A stretch of 64,000 nt of DNA. Source: an uncultured Candidatus Saccharibacteria bacterium. Lineage in GTDB: Bacteria > Patescibacteriota > Minisyncoccia > 2-02-FULL-40-12. Position 1 is the stretch's first letter; each line of letters opens with the position of its first letter. Where the stretch lies: positions 16,241 through 80,240 of the forward strand of contig CAYIZI010000002.1 in assembly GCA_964368135.1 (NCBI GenBank), given 5' to 3'. Under the pieces are notes generated by a model. It was not told where the DNA came from. It ran no database searches and saw only the letters and a program-made list of their open reading frames with translations. This document shows, piece by piece, positions 15,458-24,403 of this stretch. Made by a program: the position numbers and the translations under genes.

Positions 15458-16345
15458 ATGAAAGAAAATTTTAGAATTGGCTTCATCTGCATCGGTCCAG
15501 AAAGAAGTGGGACAACCTGGCTTTATCAATGTTTAAAGGAGCATCCTGAAATCTGCGTTTCCGAGCCAAAAGAAGTCAACTTTTTTAATTCCACTCAAAG
15601 TTTCTGGCGGAAAGATCTTATCGGCAAAAGCAATTACGAGAAAGGTTTGGATTGGTACAAAAAACATTTCAATCATTGTGGACCTGGCAAAAAAATTATC
15701 GGAGAATTTACCCCGATTTACCTACATTCTCCAGAGGTCCCGGAAAGAATCCACAAACATTTTCCGGATACGAGATTAATTTTAATTTTAAGAAATCCTA
15801 TTGAACGTCTTTACTCACACTATATGTACACCAAACTAAAAGGATTTTATGAATTGCCGTCTTTTGAAGAAGTTATTGAAAAAGAAAGAGGTTTTGTTGA
15901 AGAAAGCTTATACAATAAACATCTCCAAAATTATCTAAAGTACTTCCCGCGAGAACGTCTTTTGATAATGATTTATGAAGATATAGAAAAAAATCCCGGG
16001 GCTTTTGTTAAAGAAGTGTTTAGATTTTTAGAGATAGACGAAAACTTTGTACCGCCATCAGTAAATAAAACCATCAACCCAGCCGGAACAGTAATGGTAA
16101 GAAATAAAATCTTATCTATAAAAGATTTCGTTAAAAAAATCCCAGGCGGGAAACTTATAATTCAGCTTTTCAAAAAAACTTCTTTTTATAAAAAATTAGT
16201 TGATTCGTTAGCCACCAAAACCGGCACGGTCAAAGCCGACTACGGCAAAATCAACCCAGAAACAAAAAAACGGCTCGCCGAATTTTACAAAAAAGATATT
16301 GAAAACTTAGAAAAATTCCTTGGCCGAGATTTAAGTTGGAAATGA
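15458..16345 (+). CDS. sulfotransferase family protein
   Basis: Has the PAPS 5'-phosphosulfate-binding motif at the N-terminus (IGPERSGTTWLYQCL) and a 3'-phosphate-binding region (LILRNPIERLYSHY). Confidence 0.7.
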   Translation: MKENFRIGFICIGPERSGTTWLYQCLKEHPEICVSEPKEVNFFNSTQSFWRKDLIGKSNYEKGLDWYKKHFNHCGPGKKIIGEFTPIYLHSPEVPERIHKHFPDTRLILILRNPIERLYSHYMYTKLKGFYELPSFEEVIEKERGFVEESLYNKHLQNYLKYFPRERLLIMIYEDIEKNPGAFVKEVFRFLEIDENFVPPSVNKTINPAGTVMVRNKILSIKDFVKKIPGGKLIIQLFKKTSFYKKLVDSLATKTGTVKADYGKINPETKKRLAEFYKKDIENLEKFLGRDLSWK

Positions 16346-16355
16346 TATTCTAAAA

Positions 16356-16395
16356 GTTAAAAAAATAAAACGGGCTCGTCAAGCGACGAGCCCGT
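16356..16395 (-). terminator. rho-independent terminator downstream of the cupin gene (possibly bidirectional)
   Basis: Perfect 11-bp stem ACGGGCTCGTC/GACGAGCCCGT with loop AAGC (16370-16395), followed on the minus strand by TTTTATTTTTTT. Confidence 0.75.
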
Positions 16396-16407
16396 TCGCA
16401 ACCAAGA

Positions 16408-16869
16408 TCAGGTTTTGACCTCGATCCCCTCCAGATACTCCAGCCGGACTTTGCCTTCCGGCAGAGCCACCTTCACCACCATCAGATGACAAAGGTCAGG
16501 AGTAAAGTGCTGATGGGCCTGGCCGGCCGGGATGTGCAGCCAGTCACCCTCGTAAAGAACTACCTCCTTGCCGCCTTCGATGCTGTTAGCAAGGAAAGTC
16601 AGACCGTCTTTTGTCCAGGGATCCACGAGTCGGCCGCCCAGAACAAAACGAACGCTCCCCTCCATACAGAAGAACACGTCGTCCTCGTGGAGATGGACTT
16701 CGGCCGGACGATGCTCCACGTGGAGATTCCGGAGGAATCGAACCGGAAATCCTTCCTCGTACAGCTTGGCCGACCCTTCCAGTACATGACTCCCCTTTTT
16801 CTCGGGTTCCCCGTAGAATTCCCTTACCACACGTCCAAACACATGTCTGACTGGCCTCAACTCGCTCAT
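16408..16869 (-). CDS. cupin domain protein
   Basis: 153 aa. Cupin beta-barrel motifs (HxH...E, LHIPAGQAHQ). GC-rich. Confidence 0.6.
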   Translation of the reverse strand: MSELRPVRHVFGRVVREFYGEPEKKGSHVLEGSAKLYEEGFPVRFLRNLHVEHRPAEVHLHEDDVFFCMEGSVRFVLGGRLVDPWTKDGLTFLANSIEGGKEVVLYEGDWLHIPAGQAHQHFTPDLCHLMVVKVALPEGKVRLEYLEGIEVKT

Positions 16870-16885
16870 TGCGTCCTCCTTGGAC

Positions 16886-17962
16886 CTAAACCGCCCTGAA
16901 TACGAAATAGAAAGCCTGGGCCTGTGTCAGTAGATTCTTTTCTTCTTCAATCAAAGTATCTACCAGTTCAGCTTCGGCCTCCTCAATGATCTTCATCTTC
17001 TGTACCAACGGTAAATCTACCGTCGCCAAGTTGATCGGAACGATAATCGGGTAGAAGTCAACCGACCTTACAAGGGACGGCTCTTCAACCACAACTGTCC
17101 TCTCAAGATCAAACCCGGCTTGGGTGGCTAAATCCGGCATCTCGCTGACCCTGAACATTTTCGCATCCTTTGGAGCATCTCTTTTGATTGAGTGCCTCTC
17201 CATAAGAATCCTGTTTAGAATCGAATTCAGCTTGACGAAAACAGGATTATTATTAGAGCCGGATTTATTGAAATGCTCTTCCCGAGAAGGGTCAGTTTCT
17301 AAGGCAGTCACCTGGCGCGGTTCCATCACAACCAGAACGCCGCCAGTCTGTAGAAGGCTCCTTGCCTTCGACAGCACCTTCACGATGCAGCCGTCGGTTT
17401 CGGGCTTAAGCCCATCTTCTTCAAGCTTCTTCTTGAGTTGGTTGATTGGCCAATGAAGGACATTGTTGGCCACAGCCACATCAAAAAGAGTATCTGAAGA
17501 AAAAGACATCAGGGGTGAAGTCATTATCCGCAGCTTCAACGACTCCCAGAAGCTGTTCTGGCGAAACCCCCGCCGGAAAAATTTTAGGTATTCGACGGTT
17601 CTTTCAAACCGACGGCCCAAAACTTCTTTGGCCCCTTTCTGAACCAGCCATTCCTCCACGTCACCGCCTTCCAGAAGCAAAAACCCCATCATTTCGGTCA
17701 TTGCCCTGGAATTATCAATGGCGGTTATTGAGGCCGGGCAAAACCCAGAAATGGCAAAAGTAGAGGTACCATAACCGCAGCCAATATCCAGAACATCCTT
17801 GCCTCTTAAGCCGCCACTGGCAGTTTCGGCCAGAAGGGCTGAATTCTGGGATTGACGCAGATATGAACCACGAACCCAGCCTTCGACAGAATAAATGGCT
17901 GGGAACAAACCCTCAAAAAGATCGCCCTTGGGGTCGTAAGCATGGATAGGTCCTTCACTCAT
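16886..17962 (-). CDS. class I SAM-dependent methyltransferase
   Basis: Motif I VLDIGCGYGTSTF. GC-rich, in a possible operon with the cupin gene. Confidence 0.65.
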   Translation of the reverse strand: MSEGPIHAYDPKGDLFEGLFPAIYSVEGWVRGSYLRQSQNSALLAETASGGLRGKDVLDIGCGYGTSTFAISGFCPASITAIDNSRAMTEMMGFLLLEGGDVEEWLVQKGAKEVLGRRFERTVEYLKFFRRGFRQNSFWESLKLRIMTSPLMSFSSDTLFDVAVANNVLHWPINQLKKKLEEDGLKPETDGCIVKVLSKARSLLQTGGVLVVMEPRQVTALETDPSREEHFNKSGSNNNPVFVKLNSILNRILMERHSIKRDAPKDAKMFRVSEMPDLATQAGFDLERTVVVEEPSLVRSVDFYPIIVPINLATVDLPLVQKMKIIEEAEAELVDTLIEEEKNLLTQAQAFYFVFRAV

Positions 17963-18032
17963 TTCTCACCTTCCTTGAAGTTGATTTTCAATTTTTAAAC
18001 AGGATTTAACGGACGATACCCTGGACTTCAAG

Positions 18033-18061
18033 ACTATAAAAGAATGAAGTACTTTTGTCAA
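18033..18061 (-). promoter_or_regulatory. near-consensus sigma-70 promoter (TTGACA-17nt-TATAGT) for the methyltransferase-cupin operon
   Basis: Minus strand reads TTGACAaaagtacttcattctttTATAGT. It lies about 70 nt upstream of the MTase ATG, which is preceded by GGAAGGTGAG. Confidence 0.55.
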
Positions 18062-18879
18062 GATTTTGGATTGGCAAAAACATTATCAGTAAATTTAACC
18101 AACACTTTATAAAATCCTGGCGGGTTATCAATAAATGGGAAATGATGACTTTGGGGTATGGCCTTAACTAAACATCTGCTCTTTTTTAATTTCTCTATAA
18201 CCGATAGCCAGTTTTTATTTTCTGCACCATAAATAAAGATTTTGGGCAAATTTATTTTTAAAAAATTTTTAAGAAGATGTCCGTTCTTACAAATTTTGGC
18301 GTGAGAAACGCTAAAATCAAAATATGATTTTATTGAAACACCGTCCAATTGTCTGCCATATCTTTTAAATCCTCGGTTTTTTGATTTTTTCAAATCTTCA
18401 ACCATATCCGGGAAAAGTCTATTTCTAAAAATATCGAGGCCGGCTTTTTTAATCTTTCTTGACCACCGGGCATTTTGAGAAACCAAACTTCCTTCAACAT
18501 TCACGAAGCCGGCAACTTTTTTCGGATATTTTTCGGCATATAAAAGAGTAGCTATGCCGCCGATGCTGTGGCCGACTAAAATGAATTTTTTAAATGAAAA
18601 CTTTTTAGCGGTGTGCTCAATGATTTTTACTAAATCATTTATTCCTAAACTTTTTCTGGATGGATAAAGAGAATTACCAACTCCCGGCCAATCAAAAGCA
18701 AAAATTTCGTAATCTTTAAGTCCTTTAACTTTTACAGCATCGATAAAATCTTCTTTTGAACAGCCTAAACCATGAATAAAAATTATTGTCCCTCTTTTAC
18801 CGGGTCGATAAAAATACCTGATTTTAATTTTCGAATTTTTTAATTTAATCGGAAATTTTGAAAGATTAATATTTTTCAT
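18058..18879 (-). CDS. alpha/beta hydrolase fold protein
   Basis: HGLG oxyanion motif and GHSIGG nucleophile elbow (GxSxG). AT-rich, like the host genome. Confidence 0.7.
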   Translation of the reverse strand: MKNINLSKFPIKLKNSKIKIRYFYRPGKRGTIIFIHGLGCSKEDFIDAVKVKGLKDYEIFAFDWPGVGNSLYPSRKSLGINDLVKIIEHTAKKFSFKKFILVGHSIGGIATLLYAEKYPKKVAGFVNVEGSLVSQNARWSRKIKKAGLDIFRNRLFPDMVEDLKKSKNRGFKRYGRQLDGVSIKSYFDFSVSHAKICKNGHLLKNFLKINLPKIFIYGAENKNWLSVIEKLKKSRCLVKAIPQSHHFPFIDNPPGFYKVLVKFTDNVFANPKS

Positions 18880-18906
18880 AAAAATTTATTTAAATAAGGC
18901 GACAGT

Positions 18907-18942
18907 GAGCCTCCAAAGATTTTATAAAATCTTTGGAGGCTC
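18907..18942. repeat. perfect 36-bp palindrome (hairpin stem about 16 bp): terminator/attenuator or operator
   Basis: GAGCCTCCAAAGATTTTA|TAAAATCTTTGGAGGCTC, lying between the P-loop gene end (18952) and the hydrolase start (18879). Confidence 0.6.
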
Positions 18943-18951
18943 AAGTAAAAC

Positions 18952-19686
18952 TCAAGAACTTCGGACTTGTTCGAGCATCGCCACTGCCTCGGCAACGCGT
19001 CTTTTCAGTTCTTCTTCGCTGATCGGCATCTCGCCTCTCAGAAAAGAAAAAACTTCCTCGCGCTGATGAACCAGTGATTCTTGTGATTCGTCTGAAGTGT
19101 TAAGGTACAAAGGAATGTAACCAGCCGGCGGAATCTCAATCTGTCGGGCGCCACGAAGGAAACCGTCGAAGTCGAACACGCTGGCGTTGGTGATATTGCC
19201 GACGGTTTCCAATTCCCGCTGACGATAAGCAATCCGCCGCCTGACCGCCTCCAAATCGCAGTAGAAGTAGATGCATCTGAAATGTACTGTGATCGGCAAT
19301 TCCGGAATCGGTTTCCCGTCCCTTTCTGCTTCCTCACGCTCAATGGTCTGAAGGTACCAGTTGGCGCTTTCAAGCATCTCAACGAACGGCACCTGGTGAG
19401 CTTTACGAGTCAGCATCACCATTTCCAGAAACACGGCTTGAGGCCTCTCTACTATCAGCTTAGTCTTCACCTCGAATCGAGTCGCCTCGTTCTTGAAGAC
19501 GTGCTCGATCTTAACGATGTGAACGTCACTTCTCGTCGGCCAGAAGCGCTGACGGACATCGTCCATAGACACAAAAACAGCATCCTTGTACTCGGGTAAA
19601 CTCATTACCCAATTCCGGAAGAATGACTTGCCGCTGAAAACCAGACCGGAGAAAACACTGACCAAAATCACCTGATTATTACCCAT
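18952..19686 (-). CDS. P-loop NTPase/kinase-like hypothetical protein
   Basis: Walker A motif GLVFSGKS near the N-terminus. GC is intermediate to high. No further family recognised. Confidence 0.4.
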   Translation of the reverse strand: MGNNQVILVSVFSGLVFSGKSFFRNWVMSLPEYKDAVFVSMDDVRQRFWPTRSDVHIVKIEHVFKNEATRFEVKTKLIVERPQAVFLEMVMLTRKAHQVPFVEMLESANWYLQTIEREEAERDGKPIPELPITVHFRCIYFYCDLEAVRRRIAYRQRELETVGNITNASVFDFDGFLRGARQIEIPPAGYIPLYLNTSDESQESLVHQREEVFSFLRGEMPISEEELKRRVAEAVAMLEQVRSS

Positions 19687-19713
19687 ACCATCCTCCTTTT
19701 TAATGAACCGTTG

Positions 19714-19743
19714 TTGACTTTTTCAAGCTAATACCTTATATAA
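19714..19743 (+). promoter_or_regulatory. putative sigma-70 promoter (TTGACT-17nt-TATATAAT) for the KdsC-like phosphatase gene
   Basis: TTGACT at 19714-19719 and TATATAAT at 19736-19743; the ATG is at 19757. Confidence 0.45.
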
Positions 19744-19756
19744 TTAAATCAATAAT

Positions 19757-20281
19757 ATGTCAAACAGCCGTATAAAAATTCCTAAAAAACTCTTACTAAA
19801 ACTAAAAAGACTTAAACTTGTCGGTTTTGATTTCGATGGCATTTTCACTGATGGAAAAGTTATATTGAGCGAAGATGGAATTGAACATGTGATATGTAGC
19901 CGCAAAGACGGACTTGGTATTAATGAACTGCAACGTCTCGGCTTGAAATTGACAGTTATTTCAAAAGAACCAAATAAAATAGTTGCGACGCGAAGTAAAA
20001 AACTTAAAATCGAGTATGCTCACGGGATAAACGATAAATTAACTCTCTTTAAAAAAATACTTAAAGAAAAAAAGATAAGCCCTTCAGAGGCGGCTTTTAT
20101 GGGTGATGATTGGAATGATTTGGAGTGTATGAATTATGCCGGTGTGGCTTTTACTGTAGCTGACGCAAACCCTCTATGTAAAAGGGTCGCTGATTATACA
20201 ACTAGCCGAAAGGGAGGTGATCACGCCATAAGAGAAATATGCGATTTAATTGTTTTAGCAAAAGAAAAACGGTATAAATAA
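19757..20281 (+). CDS. HAD-IIIA phosphatase, KdsC/nonulosonate-9-phosphate phosphatase family
   Basis: FDFDGIFTDG motif I and GDDWNDLECM motif IV; 174 aa, typical of KdsC-type phosphatases. Confidence 0.7.
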   Translation: MSNSRIKIPKKLLLKLKRLKLVGFDFDGIFTDGKVILSEDGIEHVICSRKDGLGINELQRLGLKLTVISKEPNKIVATRSKKLKIEYAHGINDKLTLFKKILKEKKISPSEAAFMGDDWNDLECMNYAGVAFTVADANPLCKRVADYTTSRKGGDHAIREICDLIVLAKEKRYK

Positions 20282-20282
20282 T

Positions 20283-21167
20283 TTAGCCAAACAAACTCGT
20301 AATCACTATTCCAGCAAGCATTATACTGGTGGCAAGTAATCTCTCTTTTATATTTTTTTCCTGTAAAAGCCGACCGCTTAAAATCACGGCCCAAAATGAC
20401 CAGAGCCGCTTAACACTGGCGGCATAGGCGGCCAAAGTGTAGTTAAGTGCTTGGGCAGTCAGAAAAAAACCGGCAATATTGACCACAACCATTAAAAAAA
20501 TAATGCGCCGATTTACTTTTAAATGTTTAAAAATCGAAAAATCTTTTTTCTGAACAGTATAAATAGCCAAACTGACTAACCCGACAATAATCAGATAAAT
20601 TGCAGAAAAAAACAAAGCTGATGAAGTTACTACCGCTTTTTTATCAAAAGGAAAAGAAAAAGCAAAAAATAAGGCACCTAATATCCCTAAAAGTATGCCT
20701 TTCTGTTCAAAAATATTGGCTAAACTAATTTTTTTGCCCTCCGGATTAACTAAAAACCAAAGGCCGGCTATAGTAGTTAAAACGCCAATCATGCCCCAGA
20801 AAGATGCTTTCTCGCCCAAAATAAAAAAACCGGTTATTAAAACAAGCGGCGGGGTCAACAGTCTGGTTGGAGAAATTATAGAAGCATCATCCTGACTAAA
20901 GGCTTTGTAGTAAATCCAGTGGCCGAATAAGCCCAAGACAGAAGTCATAAAAAAAGCCAACCAAAAGCCTTGTTTAATCTCCGGGAAATCGAAAAAGAAA
21001 ATAAACAAAATAGAAATAAAAATACCGGAAAGCAAAAAATTAAAAGCAAGAAGGAGTCTCTCGTTTATCTTGCCGTCTCTCAGGGCATACCTGATTACTA
21101 CATCCAAAAGCCCGGCGAAAAAAGTGCCGGGAATCATAAAGAGTAGAAATAATTTAATGTTCTCCAT
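20283..21167 (-). CDS. EamA/DMT-superfamily transporter
   Basis: About 10 TM helices in two 5-TM halves; 294 aa. Confidence 0.6.
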   Translation of the reverse strand: MENIKLFLLFMIPGTFFAGLLDVVIRYALRDGKINERLLLAFNFLLSGIFISILFIFFFDFPEIKQGFWLAFFMTSVLGLFGHWIYYKAFSQDDASIISPTRLLTPPLVLITGFFILGEKASFWGMIGVLTTIAGLWFLVNPEGKKISLANIFEQKGILLGILGALFFAFSFPFDKKAVVTSSALFFSAIYLIIVGLVSLAIYTVQKKDFSIFKHLKVNRRIIFLMVVVNIAGFFLTAQALNYTLAAYAASVKRLWSFWAVILSGRLLQEKNIKERLLATSIMLAGIVITSLFG

Positions 21168-21730
21168 TATTTCTTTTTAGAACTGCTTTTCGCCTGAATA
21201 ATCAAATCACAAACTTCTCTTACTGCTCCGTCACCGCCTTTGGCTTTAGTCACGTAATCAGCCACTTTTTTTGCTTCTTTGGCGCCATCACCCACGCAGA
21301 CCGAAAGGCCGACAAATTTCATTATTTCAATGTCGCCGGTGCTGTCGCCGACAAAACAAATATCCTTTAAGCTTGCCTTGGGATGATTTTCTTTTAAATA
21401 CTCTTTGAGACCAGCAACTTTGTCTTTATTCTGGACTAAAGGAACGCCGAGCTTCCAGGCCCGGGCCTGGACATAACCGCTTCTCTGGGTAGTTAAAATA
21501 AAAACCGAAACCCCGACATTTTCTTTCCGCACTAAATCTATCCCCTGACCGTCTTTATGAGAATATCTGGCCGATTCAAAAACATAAACAAAATCTCGAC
21601 CGGTATGCTGGCTCGCCGCTTCTTTGGTCATAATAACACCGGTATCAAGATATAAAGGCGTCAGCACCCCGTCATTATCAAGAGCCAGGACTTTTACTTT
21701 CTTGAATTTGTCTAAAAGTTTTTTAGTCAT
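21167..21730 (-). CDS. HAD-IIIA phosphatase, KdsC family (second copy)
   Basis: LDNDGVLT motif I and GDSTGDIEIM motif IV; 187 aa. Confidence 0.65.
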   Translation of the reverse strand: MTKKLLDKFKKVKVLALDNDGVLTPLYLDTGVIMTKEAASQHTGRDFVYVFESARYSHKDGQGIDLVRKENVGVSVFILTTQRSGYVQARAWKLGVPLVQNKDKVAGLKEYLKENHPKASLKDICFVGDSTGDIEIMKFVGLSVCVGDGAKEAKKVADYVTKAKGGDGAVREVCDLIIQAKSSSKKK

Positions 21731-21850
21731 ATTAGAGTCATATTAGATTTAAATAACAATAATTCTTTGAATCGTCAATTGTTGTAATTTTTCAAAAAAT
21801 GATAGATAATATAATCCTGAACTTTTCGCACCTTACCAAGGAGGTTAGAC

Positions 21851-23620
21851 ATGGCGAAGCTAAACGTAATCCAGCCCCATATCCACCCTTCAGAGGTGGT
21901 AAGGGGCATAACGGCAAGAGATCTTGAGGGTCTCAACGTTGTTTTCATCAATATGCCGCTTCGGGAAACGGCGCTACCAAACACCACACCCGAGGGTCCG
22001 CTATTAATGGCGACAAACCTGATTCGGAACTATGGGGTTAGTGCTTCAGTAATTGACCTCAACGCTTACCGGATTAAAGACGAGCTGGCTCAAAAACGCG
22101 GACTCCCGCGAGGCCGCCACCTGACCGAAGAAGAGGCCTTTGGTAAAATCCAACGCCATTTCCTCAAATTTGGCGAACCAGACCTTGTTTGCCTTTCAGG
22201 AATGATCACCACTCTGAAGTGGCAAAAAGCAGTGGCGGGAATGGTCCGCCGGCTGGTACCTAACACTATGCTCGTTTCTGGCGGGGGCCTGGCTACTGAA
22301 TTAAAAGTGGGACTGTTTAACTACACCCCTGAACTCGATGGAGTGGCCCACTCCGAAGGAGACGATGTCATCGTCAAAATCTGCTACGACGCGGCGGTTA
22401 TTCGGCGCCACGGCCGGCAACATGCTCTCAACTCGGGCAAGCTCGAACCCTATTTACTGCAGGACGGCTCCGGCCGTCTGATGTACGAAGGCGATCGGCC
22501 CGATGATTTGGACCGATTCCCATGGGTTGACCTTGAGCTTTTGCGCGAAGATGTTGACGGGGTCAAAATCCTTGAGCAATATCTTCAAGCCGAAGCTTGG
22601 GGACTTAGCGCAAACAACAGCTCGGCGGCACCGTTTGTAACCGCGCCGAAAACCACTTCGGTTTCTTCCCGCGGCTGTCCCTATGGCTGCAAATACTGCT
22701 ATCGGGGCGCCCAAGGAGAACGCAAGTGGCACGTGAGGTCGGCCCGCCATCTGGTTGAGGAAATGAAAGAACACATGGCAAAGTACGGCATAGCTTTCAA
22801 GAGCTGGCCGGACGACAACTTTGCGGTGACATTCAAAAGGATTAAGGAACTCCGGGATATCATTGTCGCAGAAGGCATCAAGATTCCCTGGGGAACCCAC
22901 ACTCGCCTCGACGAAGCCGGTGGCTTTGTTCCTAACTCACGTCAACCCCATCACGAGAGAAACTTCTTTACCGACTATATCTTTGAGGATCCGCTCCGGA
23001 TCAAGCTAATGGCTGAAGCCAACTGTAAGTACGTCGGCTTTGGACCAGAAAGCGCTCACCCAGACACCCTTGAAGAACTCGGCAAAGGAGGCTTCACTCT
23101 CAAGGCAGGTTTGATCCCAGTTGGAGTCAACGGCCATACCTACTACTTCCCCAAAGCCATGATCTATGGAACCAAGCACACCATGGAAGCGGGGATTCAC
23201 GCCAACATGACCTGGATCAAGTTTAATCCGGGAGAAACGCTGGAACGGCTCAAGCAGACAGTTGCCTTCATCAAATGGCAGATTGATTACTACGCAACCT
23301 TCGGAATACCGGAAGAAGCGGTGAATAAAAACATGTTCACTCTTACCTGGTATCCTGGGACGGAACTAATCAATCACCCTAAGGTGAGGTTAGAACTTTC
23401 GCGCGTCTTCGGTCTGAATTTCCAAAGGATCAACGGCAAGTGGGACCCTGTCTGCGATGAGGCGTTCTACCGGTATTGCCTGGAACTAGACGACGCCACC
23501 AAGCTCCTTCACGGCCCGGACGGCGAACCGCTGAACTTCAGCGAAATGCCAAACGACTTGGCCCTACAAATCAACGAGTATGTCAGCTCCGGCCAAACTC
23601 TTCGTATCCTGGACATATAA
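21851..23620 (+). CDS. B12-binding domain radical SAM protein (class B radical SAM-like)
   Basis: N-terminal cobalamin-binding-like Rossmann segment, then the radical SAM CxxxCxxC motif (CPYGCKYC). 589 aa. About 52-55% GC in about 33% GC surroundings. Strong AAGGAGG Shine-Dalgarno. Confidence 0.7.
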   Translation: MAKLNVIQPHIHPSEVVRGITARDLEGLNVVFINMPLRETALPNTTPEGPLLMATNLIRNYGVSASVIDLNAYRIKDELAQKRGLPRGRHLTEEEAFGKIQRHFLKFGEPDLVCLSGMITTLKWQKAVAGMVRRLVPNTMLVSGGGLATELKVGLFNYTPELDGVAHSEGDDVIVKICYDAAVIRRHGRQHALNSGKLEPYLLQDGSGRLMYEGDRPDDLDRFPWVDLELLREDVDGVKILEQYLQAEAWGLSANNSSAAPFVTAPKTTSVSSRGCPYGCKYCYRGAQGERKWHVRSARHLVEEMKEHMAKYGIAFKSWPDDNFAVTFKRIKELRDIIVAEGIKIPWGTHTRLDEAGGFVPNSRQPHHERNFFTDYIFEDPLRIKLMAEANCKYVGFGPESAHPDTLEELGKGGFTLKAGLIPVGVNGHTYYFPKAMIYGTKHTMEAGIHANMTWIKFNPGETLERLKQTVAFIKWQIDYYATFGIPEEAVNKNMFTLTWYPGTELINHPKVRLELSRVFGLNFQRINGKWDPVCDEAFYRYCLELDDATKLLHGPDGEPLNFSEMPNDLALQINEYVSSGQTLRILDI

Positions 23621-23644
23621 GTAGTGCGGACTCTCGTACGCCAG

Positions 23645-23692
23645 GAAAAAAGCCCGACAGGTTCATCTTGTCGGGCTTCGCTCTTTATTTTT
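23645..23692. terminator. bidirectional rho-independent terminator between the convergent radical SAM and cytidylyltransferase genes
   Basis: AAAAAA-GCCCGACAGG-ttcatc-TTGTCGGGC-TTcgcTCTTTATTTTT: a hairpin with an A-tract upstream and a T-tract downstream. Confidence 0.75.
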
Positions 23693-24398
23693 CGCCCCCT
23701 CTCCTCTTCAAAATCTTGCCAATCAGCCAAAACTGGTATTCGCTGTCAACTTGGAGAGAGTCTTCCTCGGTCATCTGGACAATCGCCATTTTCCCGCCCC
23801 AGCGATGGCCGATTTTATGAAATAAATCTGTCTTAGTTATATAAAAAGCTCCGTTCTCATGATAAACTTTTGGTAAATCCTGCCTGACCACTCTTTTCAT
23901 CACCGGAACTTCCGGTTCAAAAGCAACCTCTCTGCCTGACTCATCAACCTTCGGCCGCCATTTCCACTCATAGGTTTCAGGCAAAAAAGCAGTGATGCAA
24001 GAATCAAAACCTTGATTCTTTACCCTATTCACGCACTCCTTTATAATTTCTGATTTTAAAAGCGGCGAAGTCGGCTGAATGCAGGAAACGAAATCAGGCA
24101 CGTAATTTTCTTTTTCTCTTAAATAATCCAAAGCATGTTTAATTACCGGCTCAAGAGTAATCTTATCGCCAGCCAGTTCTTTTGGCCGGTCAACCACCTC
24201 GGCCCCGAATTTCTTAGCCACTCCCGCAATCTCGGCATCGTCAGTTGAAACAATCACCCTATCCACTACACCAGAATTCAAAACCGCTTCAATAGTATGA
24301 GCAACTAAGGGCTTCTCGTTTAACAATCTTATATTTTTTCGGGGCACTCCTTTGGAACCGCCCCGCGCCGGAATTATAGTAATAATTTTTGGCTTCAT
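23685..24398 (-). CDS. acylneuraminate/nonulosonate cytidylyltransferase family (CMP-NeuAc/CMP-Kdo synthetase-like)
   Basis: N-terminal IIPARGGSKGVPRKN motif; 237 aa. Confidence 0.75.
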   Translation of the reverse strand: MKPKIITIIPARGGSKGVPRKNIRLLNEKPLVAHTIEAVLNSGVVDRVIVSTDDAEIAGVAKKFGAEVVDRPKELAGDKITLEPVIKHALDYLREKENYVPDFVSCIQPTSPLLKSEIIKECVNRVKNQGFDSCITAFLPETYEWKWRPKVDESGREVAFEPEVPVMKRVVRQDLPKVYHENGAFYITKTDLFHKIGHRWGGKMAIVQMTEEDSLQVDSEYQFWLIGKILKRRGGEK

Positions 24399-24403
24399 AA
24401 TTT

